Below are positions 50,243 through 56,208 of a stretch of DNA of 64,000 nt, piece by piece. This stretch comes from a virus. The stretch lies in the IMG/VR virus record IMGVR_UViG_3300039412_000320. One strand, written 5' to 3'. The notes beneath the pieces are model-generated. The model had not been told where the DNA came from. It searched no databases and saw nothing but the letters and a program-made list of their open reading frames with translations. Every line of letters begins with the position of its first letter. Positions within the stretch are counted from its first letter, which is position 1. The translations under genes were made by a program, and so were the position numbers.

Positions 50243-50796
50243 TGTCTTGTGTAGCAGCCGTGGTTGAAAAAGGAAAGGTTTGGATGGGCGCTGATTCTGC
50301 GGCCTCTGATGGTGAGGATATGGTGACTCTCACCAACAGGAAGGCATTCTTTAACGGACCCTACTTGATTGGAGCGGTGGGGTCGATGCGTATGACACAG
50401 CTTCTCCAATACAAGCTGGAACCCCCTGCTTACACGGACCCCAAGGTTCCCCTGATAAAGTTCATGGCAACCGAGTTTATTGAGGCGGTGCGCCGGACGT
50501 TCAATGTGGGCGGCTTCATGGCACAGCAGGATGAGCACAGCAGCACCGGGATATTTCTCGTGGCCTTTAGGGGACACATCTTCCGCTTCGAGGGAGACTT
50601 TCAGGTGTTTGAGAGGGTGGACGGCTTTGAGGCAATCGGCTGTGGAAGTCCTTACGCTCTTGGGGCGCTTAGCGTCACCCCTGACGACCCTGCTAAGCCC
50701 CGGCTGGAGAAAGCACTTATGGCGGCGACATATTTCAGCGCCCATGTGCGCAAGCCCCACCTGATACTGAATGAGGATGGCAAGGAAAATTGTTAA
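50242..50796 (+). CDS. HslV/proteasome beta-like Ntn-hydrolase peptidase
   Basis: C-terminal FEAIGCGSPYALGALSV closely parallels HslV AIGSGGPYALAAARAL. The N-terminus MSCVAAVVEKGKVWMGADSAASDG parallels HslV (M)TTIVSVRRNG...GDGQ but has Ser/Cys at the nucleophile position. Start taken at the ATG after AAGGAGAAATA. Confidence 0.6.
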   Translation: MSCVAAVVEKGKVWMGADSAASDGEDMVTLTNRKAFFNGPYLIGAVGSMRMTQLLQYKLEPPAYTDPKVPLIKFMATEFIEAVRRTFNVGGFMAQQDEHSSTGIFLVAFRGHIFRFEGDFQVFERVDGFEAIGCGSPYALGALSVTPDDPAKPRLEKALMAATYFSAHVRKPHLILNEDGKENC

Positions 50797-50828
50797 GGCA
50801 AATTATTTCCTTTAAAATCTTGAAATCT

Positions 50829-50858
50829 GTGGTATAATGTAAGTGGAAGGATTTGATT
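50829..50858 (+). promoter_or_regulatory. Extended -10 promoter plus RBS (conserved motif copy 3)
   Basis: TTGAAATCTGTGGTATAAT GTAAGTGGAAGGA TTTGATT ATG. Confidence 0.5.
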
Positions 50859-50990
50859 ATGAAAAAATTTGTTGGCACTTATCGTGACCGTAGGGTTAAG
50901 ATTGAGGCCATTAGTGCCGGGAAGGCCATCCTTACTGTCAGTAAGATTTTCGGTGTGAAGCCAACCAAGGTCAGCGTTCGTCAAATTTAA
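50859..50990 (+). CDS. Small basic protein (43 aa)
   Basis: MKKFVGTYRDRRVKIEAISAGKAILTVSKIFGVKPTKVSVRQI. It is preceded by the conserved promoter/RBS and followed by a structured 3' region and a terminator. Confidence 0.35.
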   Translation: MKKFVGTYRDRRVKIEAISAGKAILTVSKIFGVKPTKVSVRQI

Positions 50991-51160
50991 GTTTTGATGT
51001 TTTTGAACTACCGACAGTATTATATAGAAGCGAGATGAACATGAAAACGGTCATCACAAACCCGGTTGACACGATAGAAGCGGTCGCCGCAGTGTGTGAG
51101 GGAGGCGATACCTCGCCTTCGGGAGGGCTTGGATAGAAAATCCAAGCAAGGACCCCCGAA

Positions 51161-51189
51161 GGCGCTCGAAAGAGCGCCTTTTGTGTTTT
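51161..51189 (+). terminator. Intrinsic terminator
   Basis: GGCGCTC GAAA GAGCGCC hairpin (GNRA loop) followed by TTTTGTGTTTT. Confidence 0.6.
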
Positions 51190-51202
51190 AAGGAGACTTT
51201 TT

Positions 51203-51281
51203 ACTCCGGTGAGTCGAGCGGCTAAGACACCTGCCTTACAAGCAGGTAAACTCGTGGGTTCGAGTCCCACCCGGAGTACCA
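51203..51281 (+). tRNA. tRNA, anticodon UAC (Val) by manual fold
   Basis: Acceptor ACTCCGG/CCGGAGT. Anticodon arm CCTGC-CTTACAA-GCAGG has a loop identical to E. coli tRNA-Val(UAC). T arm GTGGG-TTCGAGT-CCCAC. CCA is encoded. Confidence 0.75.
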
Positions 51282-51292
51282 AAATTAAATAT

Positions 51293-51370
51293 GCCCCGGT
51301 AGCTTAGTGGCTTCAAAGCGCCACCTTCACACGATGGAGAACACAGGTTTGAGTCCTGTTCGGGGCACCA
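51293..51370 (+). tRNA. tRNA, anticodon CAC (Val?) by manual fold
   Basis: Acceptor GCCCCGG/TCGGGGC. D stem GCTT/AAGC. Anticodon arm CCACC-TTCACAC-GATGG (one mismatch). T arm ACAGG-TTTGAGT-CCTGT. CCA is encoded. Confidence 0.7.
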
Positions 51371-51604
51371 AGTTCTGGTTGACAGTAATGTCTACCAGAT
51401 GTCAACGTATACGGCTAATCCGGCTGACGACCGGTGTTATCGGCGACTTACGTTAAGAGCCGCCCTGTTTTAAGCCTTGTGGCGGGTAACCGCAGCGGTC
51501 ATAGACGACTGTAAATAGAAGGGCATCCAAGGCTGGCCTCTCCCGTTCGATTTGGGATACTGTGCTCATGGGTATGGTAAGCCAGCCCACAAGGCGAAAG
51601 ATTT

Positions 51605-51678
51605 GCAGGGGTAGCACAATGGCAGTGCGGGACGTTGCCAACGTTCATACGGGAGTTCGATTCTCCTCCTCTGCTCCA
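51605..51678 (+). tRNA. tRNA-Gly (GCC)
   Basis: Acceptor GCAGGGG/CCTCTGC. D arm GCAC-AATGGCA-GTGC. Anticodon arm GGACG-TTGCCAA-CGTTC. T arm GGGAG-TTCGATT-CTCCT. CCA is encoded. Confidence 0.85.
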
Positions 51679-51685
51679 AGTTTGT

Positions 51686-51759
51686 GGGGCCATCGTCTAA
51701 TGGGAGGACTTCTGCCTTGCACGCAGAAAACCGGGGTTCGACCCCCCGTGGTTCCACCA
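51686..51759 (+). tRNA. tRNA-Ala (UGC)
   Basis: Acceptor GGGGCCA/TGGTTCC with G3:U70. Anticodon arm TCTGC-CTTGCAC-GCAGA. T arm CGGGG-TTCGACC-CCCCG. CCA is encoded. Confidence 0.85.
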
Positions 51760-51763
51760 AAGT

Positions 51764-52312
51764 TTAGGCATACTTAGACATCCCTCGGGATTGTCTTCCG
51801 TTGCCTTTATTTCGACCACAGAAAGTTGGAGTCTGGCTGTTGCAGTTTGGACAAGTTAAGCGGACGTTGTCTGGTTTACAGTTTCCAGCATCTCCATCAA
51901 TGTGGTCTACGACTGGAATAAGGGGTTTGTTGCACCAAACGAGCAGCATACCGCAGATTTCACAGTTATTTCCTCTTTTTGAGATGAGGATTTTGCGGAT
52001 GGTTTTTCGGTGCTTGACTCCCCCTAGTTCAAACTGTTCTAGGGCCTTTGCATGGAGGTAGTGCCCACGTCCTTTCGGTTCTGGTTTCGGTTTTTTTGGT
52101 CTCTTTGCGTTGCTTGCTTTTGCCGAACAAGAACTGGAGCAATATGTGTTATCAAACCGTTTGTTGTAGGGGATGGATGCTTCGCATACGGGGCAACGTT
52201 TAGGGCTGAGCATGTATTTAGCTTCATTTTTAGCAGTCCGGCTCTTGTTGCTGCATGCTAGCGAACAATAGATGTGGTTTGCTGGTGTATTACAGACTGG
52301 GCATTGATTCAT
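51764..52312 (-). CDS. HNH homing endonuclease
   Basis: VDHIDGDAGNCKPDNVRLTCPNCN is the classic HNH core; there are several CxxC pairs upstream. Start placed at the internal Met (MNQCPVCN). The longer ORF-track start at 52363 would overlap the tRNA-Gly at 52326. Confidence 0.65.
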   Translation of the reverse strand: MNQCPVCNTPANHIYCSLACSNKSRTAKNEAKYMLSPKRCPVCEASIPYNKRFDNTYCSSSCSAKASNAKRPKKPKPEPKGRGHYLHAKALEQFELGGVKHRKTIRKILISKRGNNCEICGMLLVWCNKPLIPVVDHIDGDAGNCKPDNVRLTCPNCNSQTPTFCGRNKGNGRQSRGMSKYA

Positions 52313-52325
52313 AGTTGTTTTTTGG

Positions 52326-52400
52326 GCGGGATTGATGTCAATGGTAGCATGCCACGCTTCCAACGTGGTCGTACCGATTCGACTTCGGTATCCCGCTCCA
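52326..52400 (+). tRNA. tRNA-Gly (UCC)
   Basis: Acceptor GCGGGAT/ATCCCGC. Anticodon arm CCACG-CTTCCAA-CGTGG. T arm ACCGA-TTCGACT-TCGGT. CCA is encoded. Confidence 0.85.
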
Positions 52401-52446
52401 ACCTCCTATAAAAGGAGGTCGAAAGTCGGTTTTCGCTAAAGTTTAG

Positions 52447-52520
52447 GCGGGTATGGTATATTGGGTGTGCCCAACCTTCCCAAGGTTGTGAAACGGATTC
52501 GATTCCCATGTCCCGCTCCA
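52447..52520 (+). pseudogene. Degenerate tRNA-Gly-like element (anticodon CCC), probable pseudo-tRNA
   Basis: Its ends (GCGGGTA...GTCCCGCTCCA) match the neighbouring Gly tRNAs and it has a clean anticodon arm CAACC-TTCCCAA-GGTTG. The T stem (ACGGA/CCCAT) does not pair and acceptor pairs 6 and 7 are mismatched. It also contains TGGTATATT, an extended -10-like sequence. Confidence 0.4.
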
Positions 52521-52681
52521 AGATTGTAGTCACTCTAAGGGCTGTCGAAGCTGACGAGTGGCGAGGTTCTACCAGCAGGGTCCCTCAGTAAGGGGGACTG
52601 TGGTGGTTCCCCTGAAAAGGGACCCCGAGCAGTAGAACCTGCGGATGACTAGCTTAACCAGCCGGTTGTCCCGAATTTTGC

Positions 52682-52783
52682 GGGTGTAGCTTAATCAGAG
52701 CGGTGGTCCACCAGACCACGCCGTGTCCGGGCTTGATATCAAGTCAGGCATGTTGTACCGGCTGAACGCCGGTCGCCCGCTCC
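52682..52783 (+). ncRNA. tRNA-Gly-like element with a ~37-nt insertion between the anticodon arm and T arm
   Basis: It shares its 5' end GCGGGTGTAG and 3' end CGCCCGCTCCA with tRNA-Gly(CCC) at 58750. The acceptor pairs, the anticodon-like arm is GTGGT-CCACCAG-ACCAC, the T-like arm is ACCGG-CTGAACG-CCGGT, and there is a long extra region containing the palindrome CTTGATATCAAG. Confidence 0.4.
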
Positions 52784-52790
52784 AGTTTGT

Positions 52791-52865
52791 GGGCCTGTAG
52801 CTCAGCGGGAGAGCGCTTGCTCGACAAGCAAGAGGTGGTAGGCTCGACCCCTACCGGGCGCACCA
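52791..52865 (+). tRNA. tRNA, anticodon GAC (Val?) with C33
   Basis: Acceptor GGGCCTG/CGGGCGC (6 of 7 pairs). D arm GCTC-AGCGGGA-GAGC. Anticodon arm CTTGC-TCGACAA-GCAAG. T arm GTAGG-CTCGACC-CCTAC. CCA is encoded. The unusual C at position 33 lowers confidence in the anticodon call. Confidence 0.65.
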
Positions 52866-52877
52866 AAGTTTGGGACC

Positions 52878-52958
52878 GGAGCTTAAGCAGAACCTTCTGC
52901 CATCGGAAGAGCGTAGTGTTTACAACACTTGGGGGTGGGAATCCCTCCGGCTCCACCA
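52878..52958 (+). ncRNA. tRNA-like element ending in CCA, non-canonical
   Basis: 3' end CGGCTCC-A-CCA with T-like arm GGGGG-TGGGAAT-CCCTC and a 5' partner GGAGCTT. The interior (hairpins GCAG-AACCTT-CTGC and GTGTT-TAC-AACAC) cannot be folded into a standard cloverleaf by hand. Confidence 0.3.
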
Positions 52959-53044
52959 AGAACGACGCTGGGTTCGTGCTCCAGAAGTGGGTGACACGAC
53001 GCCAAGGAGAGGGGTTAACAGCCCGGAGAGTAGGACCAGCGTCA

Positions 53045-53695
53045 TCAAGTTTTGGGTACGTCGCCTAATGGGATGGCACTTCCCTCGCACGGAAGAACGA
53101 TTGCGGGTTCGACTCCCGCCGTATCCACCAAGTTTTTGAAAGTATATAGTCCATCCTTAGCGATGAAGTGTTCATCTTCATGGCAGGTGGGGCAAAGGAT
53201 TTCAAGGTTTTCAGGTTTGTTGTTTTTTCGATTGCGGTCTATATGGTGAACCCGCAGAACTGGGGTAAAGCGGGCGTATCCACAACGATTGCATTTTTTT
53301 GGATGATGTTTGAATGCAATTTCTCGATACGCCGCTCCACCGTTAGTGTAATGGTCTGGTCTCATATCATGAAATGCCTCACCGGATAGGATAGACTGAG
53401 CGTGGTCTTTACATGCCCGTGAGCAAAAAAGCAGACCAGATTTTGATGCTTTAATTTGAGCGGGGCGTTTTTCAAAGCTAGTAAAGCAAAATGAGCATTT
53501 TACAGTAACTCTTGTTCTACTAGCAACCCCCGAGCACTCTCTTGAGCAGTATTGACCATTAGAGTGTTTGGGTAAGTAAAAAGGCCTTTTGCATGTGGGA
53601 AGTGTACAGTAATGAAGAAACAGCCTTCTTGGCTTCCCATCGTAGAGTGTAGATATTATTGATTCTTCGGGTGGATTTGATATGTCAGTATGCAA
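53045..53695 (-). CDS. HNH homing endonuclease
   Basis: RVHHIDRNRKNNKPENLEILCPTCHEDEH is the HNH core. The stop-to-stop ORF runs across the tRNA-Ala(CGC) gene on the opposite strand. Confidence 0.65.
   Translation of the reverse strand: MHTDISNPPEESIISTLYDGKPRRLFLHYCTLPTCKRPFYLPKHSNGQYCSRECSGVASRTRVTVKCSFCFTSFEKRPAQIKASKSGLLFCSRACKDHAQSILSGEAFHDMRPDHYTNGGAAYREIAFKHHPKKCNRCGYARFTPVLRVHHIDRNRKNNKPENLEILCPTCHEDEHFIAKDGLYTFKNLVDTAGVEPAIVLPCEGSAIPLGDVPKT
53054..53130 (+). tRNA. tRNA-Ala (CGC)
   Basis: Acceptor GGGTACG/CGTATCC with G3:U70. Anticodon arm CTTCC-CTCGCAC-GGAAG. T arm GCGGG-TTCGACT-CCCGC. CCA is encoded. Confidence 0.8.
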
Positions 53696-53737
53696 GTGTG
53701 ATTACCTCCACCTATGTATTTGATAGTTGATTTTCAC

Positions 53738-53811
53738 GGCCTGTTCGTCTATCGGCAGGACAGCAGATTCTCAATCTGTAAAGAGGGGTTCGATTCCCCT
53801 ACGGGCTACCA
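53738..53811 (+). tRNA. tRNA, anticodon CUC (Glu) by manual fold
   Basis: Acceptor GGCCTGT/ACGGGCT. Anticodon arm GCAGA-TTCTCAA-TCTGT. T arm AGGGG-TTCGATT-CCCCT. CCA is encoded. Confidence 0.75.
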
Positions 53812-53818
53812 AATTCAT

Positions 53819-53895
53819 GGGGTCGTAGACAAGTGGCTTAAGTCGCCAGATTCTCAATCTGGAAACCGTGGGTTCAAATCCCATCGGCCCTGCCA
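53819..53895 (+). tRNA. tRNA, anticodon CUC (Glu?) by manual fold; second copy with a different body
   Basis: Acceptor GGGGTCG/CGGCCCT. Anticodon arm CCAGA-TTCTCAA-TCTGG. T arm GTGGG-TTCAAAT-CCCAT. Discriminator G. CCA is encoded. Confidence 0.75.
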
Positions 53896-53907
53896 AGTGG
53901 AGATGTT

Positions 53908-54105
53908 GTGGCAACGTTGACGCTGGACATAAACGAGGAAGCGAAGTTCAAGGCTTGGGAGAAAGAGCACAAGAAAAAGTGCAAACTCCGGCCCGGTACG
54001 TGTGGTGACCTTTACAGCTTCAACATCTGCCCAAGTGGTATTGGGGATTTTATCAGTGTTCACTGCCCGTGTGGAGCACAAGCAGACCTGACGGGAAGTT
54101 TGTAA
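53908..54105 (+). CDS. Small Cys-rich protein (zinc-ribbon-like)
   Basis: 65-aa ORF with a GTG start after GGAG. Contains CKLRPGTCGD...CPSGIGDFISVHCPCG. Confidence 0.35.
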   Translation: MATLTLDINEEAKFKAWEKEHKKKCKLRPGTCGDLYSFNICPSGIGDFISVHCPCGAQADLTGSL

Positions 54106-54375
54106 AAGGCAAGACCATGAGCCTATGGATAACATCATTCACAAACTGCTGGTATACGAGCCAATTCGTATATTTGATGAGTTTAGCCACTGGATTGTGG
54201 TAGGATGGATGATTCTCCATACGTTGAGTTGGGCGATAGTGGAAGGATGCCGACTCTACTGGTCAACGAAAATAAAGATTAGGCGCATTTTCATACAAGA
54301 TGTCGCCGAAGAGTAACGCACCTGTCGCCAAGTGGAAAGGCATAATTTGAACTACCAACCCCCTTTATAGGGGTT

Positions 54376-54888
54376 ATGATGCTTATTTGCAAAAATTGCG
54401 GTGGGTATATTCCATCAAGGGTAAATGTTGATGGGAAAATAAAAAAGCTGAACGGTCGCAGGTATTGTTTATCCTGTAGCCCATTTAAGGGAAAGAAATT
54501 TAATTATGAAACTGACCGGGATGAGAATAGAAATTTCCACTGCCGCTTATGTGGTCAGAACACCGGTCCTCGCAGGCGTATGTGTAATACCTGTGTATCC
54601 CGCATTAGACGTTTTCGAGCTAAACGTACAGCCGTAAAGTGGCTTGGAGGAAAATGCAATCGGTGTGGATGGGTCGGAGACATTGCGGCTTTTGAGTTTC
54701 ACCACCCCGGAGACAACAAAGAGTTCGATATTGGTACGGTTAGTAACAGAGCATGGGCAACGATAGTCAAAGAATTAAAAAAATGTGAATTACTCTGTTC
54801 CAACTGTCATCGTACCGAACATCATGGCATCCGTGATGAGAATTTCTTAAAAATAGCGGATGAATATGGTGGAAAAATTTATGTTTAG
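54376..54888 (+). CDS. HNH homing endonuclease
   Basis: N-terminal CxxC pairs. C-terminal FEFHHPGDNKEFDIG...CELLCSNCHRTEHH is the HNH core. Confidence 0.7.
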   Translation: MMLICKNCGGYIPSRVNVDGKIKKLNGRRYCLSCSPFKGKKFNYETDRDENRNFHCRLCGQNTGPRRRMCNTCVSRIRRFRAKRTAVKWLGGKCNRCGWVGDIAAFEFHHPGDNKEFDIGTVSNRAWATIVKELKKCELLCSNCHRTEHHGIRDENFLKIADEYGGKIYV

Positions 54889-54889
54889 T

Positions 54890-54963
54890 GACTCGGATTC
54901 CGAATGGTTAGGAGGCGGTCTGCAAAACCGTTTAAGTGGGTTCGATTCCCATCCGGGTCTCCA
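54890..54963 (+). tRNA. tRNA-Cys (GCA)
   Basis: Acceptor GACTCGG/CCGGGTC. Anticodon arm GCGGT-CTGCAAA-ACCGT. T arm GTGGG-TTCGATT-CCCAT. CCA is encoded. The gene starts 2 nt after the HNH stop. Confidence 0.85.
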
Positions 54964-54969
54964 GTTTAA

Positions 54970-55046
54970 GCACGGGTACCCAAGCGGCTTAAGGGACAGG
55001 TCCGCAAAACCTGCATTCATAGGTTCAAATCCTATCCCGTGCTCCA
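54970..55046 (+). tRNA. tRNA, anticodon GCA-like (Cys?) with C33
   Basis: Acceptor GCACGGG/CCCGTGC. D arm CCC-AAGCGGCTTAA-GGG. Anticodon arm CAGGT-CCGCAAA-ACCTG. T arm ATAGG-TTCAAAT-CCTAT. CCA is encoded. Confidence 0.65.
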
Positions 55047-55155
55047 AGTGAGGTCATGGCTACCATTGACCACGTAGTGGGTGCGGGCAAAATGATGAGG
55101 CTGCTGCCCGCCTTTGTACTCCCAAACGTGGATACTTCGCAGCCTCAAACTTTAT

Positions 55156-55233
55156 ACCGTGGAAGACAAAGTCGTCGAGTCCTCTGGCTTTCAACCAGAG
55201 CATTAGCGGGTCCGAGTCCCGTCCACGGTACCA
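55156..55233 (+). tRNA. tRNA-Glu (UUC)
   Basis: Acceptor ACCGTGG/CCACGGT. Anticodon arm TCTGG-CTTTCAA-CCAGA. T arm GCGGG-TCCGAGT-CCCGT. CCA is encoded. Confidence 0.8.
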
Positions 55234-55238
55234 ACTCT

Positions 55239-55332
55239 GGGGGATAGCACCGACGTGCAGGCAGGTCCTATAAACCTGTAGTTGCGGCTGATTACCGTGC
55301 TCGGCGGGGATTGACACCCCGGTCCCCTACCA
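55239..55332 (+). ncRNA. 94-nt tRNA-like element (class II-like, non-canonical)
   Basis: 7-bp acceptor GGGGGAT/GTCCCCT plus A-CCA. T-like arm CGGGG-ATTGACA-CCCCG. Anticodon-like arm CAGGT-CCTATAA-ACCTG. Long extra arm with a GCGG/CCGT hairpin. The D region is a tight GCAC-CGAC-GTGC hairpin with no GG. It is followed by TTTTTT. Confidence 0.4.
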
Positions 55333-55368
55333 TTTTTTAAGAATCTCAGTATTAGTCCTTGGGAGCAT

Positions 55369-55575
55369 ATGATGAAAAAGGAAAAAATCAGGGATTACGA
55401 GGTTCAGGCAAAACTCACACTCTACACCAGTACCACTGTTTCGGCCCGGTCTTTAGAGGAAGCGACTGAAAAGTCAAAAAACCTTAAGGAGCAGGATTTC
55501 GTAGACTTCAACGGTGATTACATCGATGGTAATATGCGGATTACCGGAGTCTATGAGTCTGGGTTTGAACTATAA
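55369..55575 (+). CDS. Hypothetical small protein
   Basis: 68-aa ORF between the tRNA block and the tmRNA. Confidence 0.4.
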   Translation: MMKKEKIRDYEVQAKLTLYTSTTVSARSLEEATEKSKNLKEQDFVDFNGDYIDGNMRITGVYESGFEL

Positions 55576-55675
55576 GTAATGTGACGGTTTGGGACACTCC
55601 GGTGGTTACATAAGGGACATGCCTTAGGGCACTACGCTCACACTGGGTAGCATATATGCGGTGTCCCGTTTAATG

Positions 55676-56026
55676 TGGGGGCGTTCTGGTTTCGACGGGA
55701 GCGCTCATTGCAGGAAGGCACGCCGGGAGGTTACCCTGCCCGTAACAAGGGTTAACAACGCAATTGCCACAGCGCAATATGCATTTGCTTAATCGCTAGA
55801 TTAGGCACGCTTGCTCTGCTTTAGCCTGTCGGGTAGAGGCCAAGCGCCGATAGAGAGGCTGCGACCGGGGATGCAGCCGATATCCGGCGAGATAAAGGCT
55901 TGCACCGTGGTTCTGATATGCCTGTTTCAGCAGAGTCATGGCAAAGAGCAGTACGAAGCAGGATAAGCGTGTAGTCTTCTTGTTGTGACACTTTTCGGAC
56001 CTGGGTTCAAATCCCAGCGCCTCCAC
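55676..56026 (+). ncRNA. ssrA: tmRNA (transfer-messenger RNA)
   Basis: 5' end GGGGGCGTTCTGGTTTCGACGGG matches the tmRNA consensus GGGGCUGAUUCUGGAUUCGACGGG. The 3' tRNA-like end CTGGG-TTCAAAT-CCCAG CGCCTCC A CCA pairs with the 5' end. An internal tag ORF GCA ATT GCC ACA GCG CAA TAT GCA TTT GCT TAA encodes (ANN)AIATAQYAFA*. Confidence 0.8.
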
Positions 56027-56208
56027 CAAAAAATTTATGGCTTCCGCCAAATGTTCCAAATGCAAGCATCGTAAATACAAAAAGCCCTGCACCGTAAGGG
56101 TCAAGGTCAAGGGGTGGATGAAGAGTATCCCGCCCGGATGGCAACAGGATTATGAACCCTGCGGGTGCAAGGAGACGGTGTGAGTAATTGCGACCGCTGA
56201 TATCCATT

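Noticed and set aside
51371-51604. Group I intron or intron-containing tRNA in the structured gap
   Set aside because: The region is too short (about 230 nt including any exons) and lacks recognisable P, Q, R, S elements. It is kept only as an unexplained structured RNA.
52791-52865. Initial impression that this tRNA had a non-pairing acceptor stem
   Set aside because: Re-indexing showed GGGCCTG/CGGGCGC pairs at 6 of 7 positions with a canonical cloverleaf. It is retained as a tRNA; only C33 is odd.
55796-56110. 104-aa minus-strand ORF, plus a 66-aa ORF at 56007-56207
   Set aside because: They lie entirely antisense to the tmRNA gene, whose RNA features are canonical. These are shadow ORFs.
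56035-56183. Apparent 48-aa Cys-rich ORF (MASAKCSKCKHRKY...) between the tmRNA and the glycosyltransferase
   Set aside because: On re-reading the sequence, the ATG is out of frame with the Cys-rich stretch (it stops after 20 codons). The Cys-rich frame has no start codon, so no gene is called.
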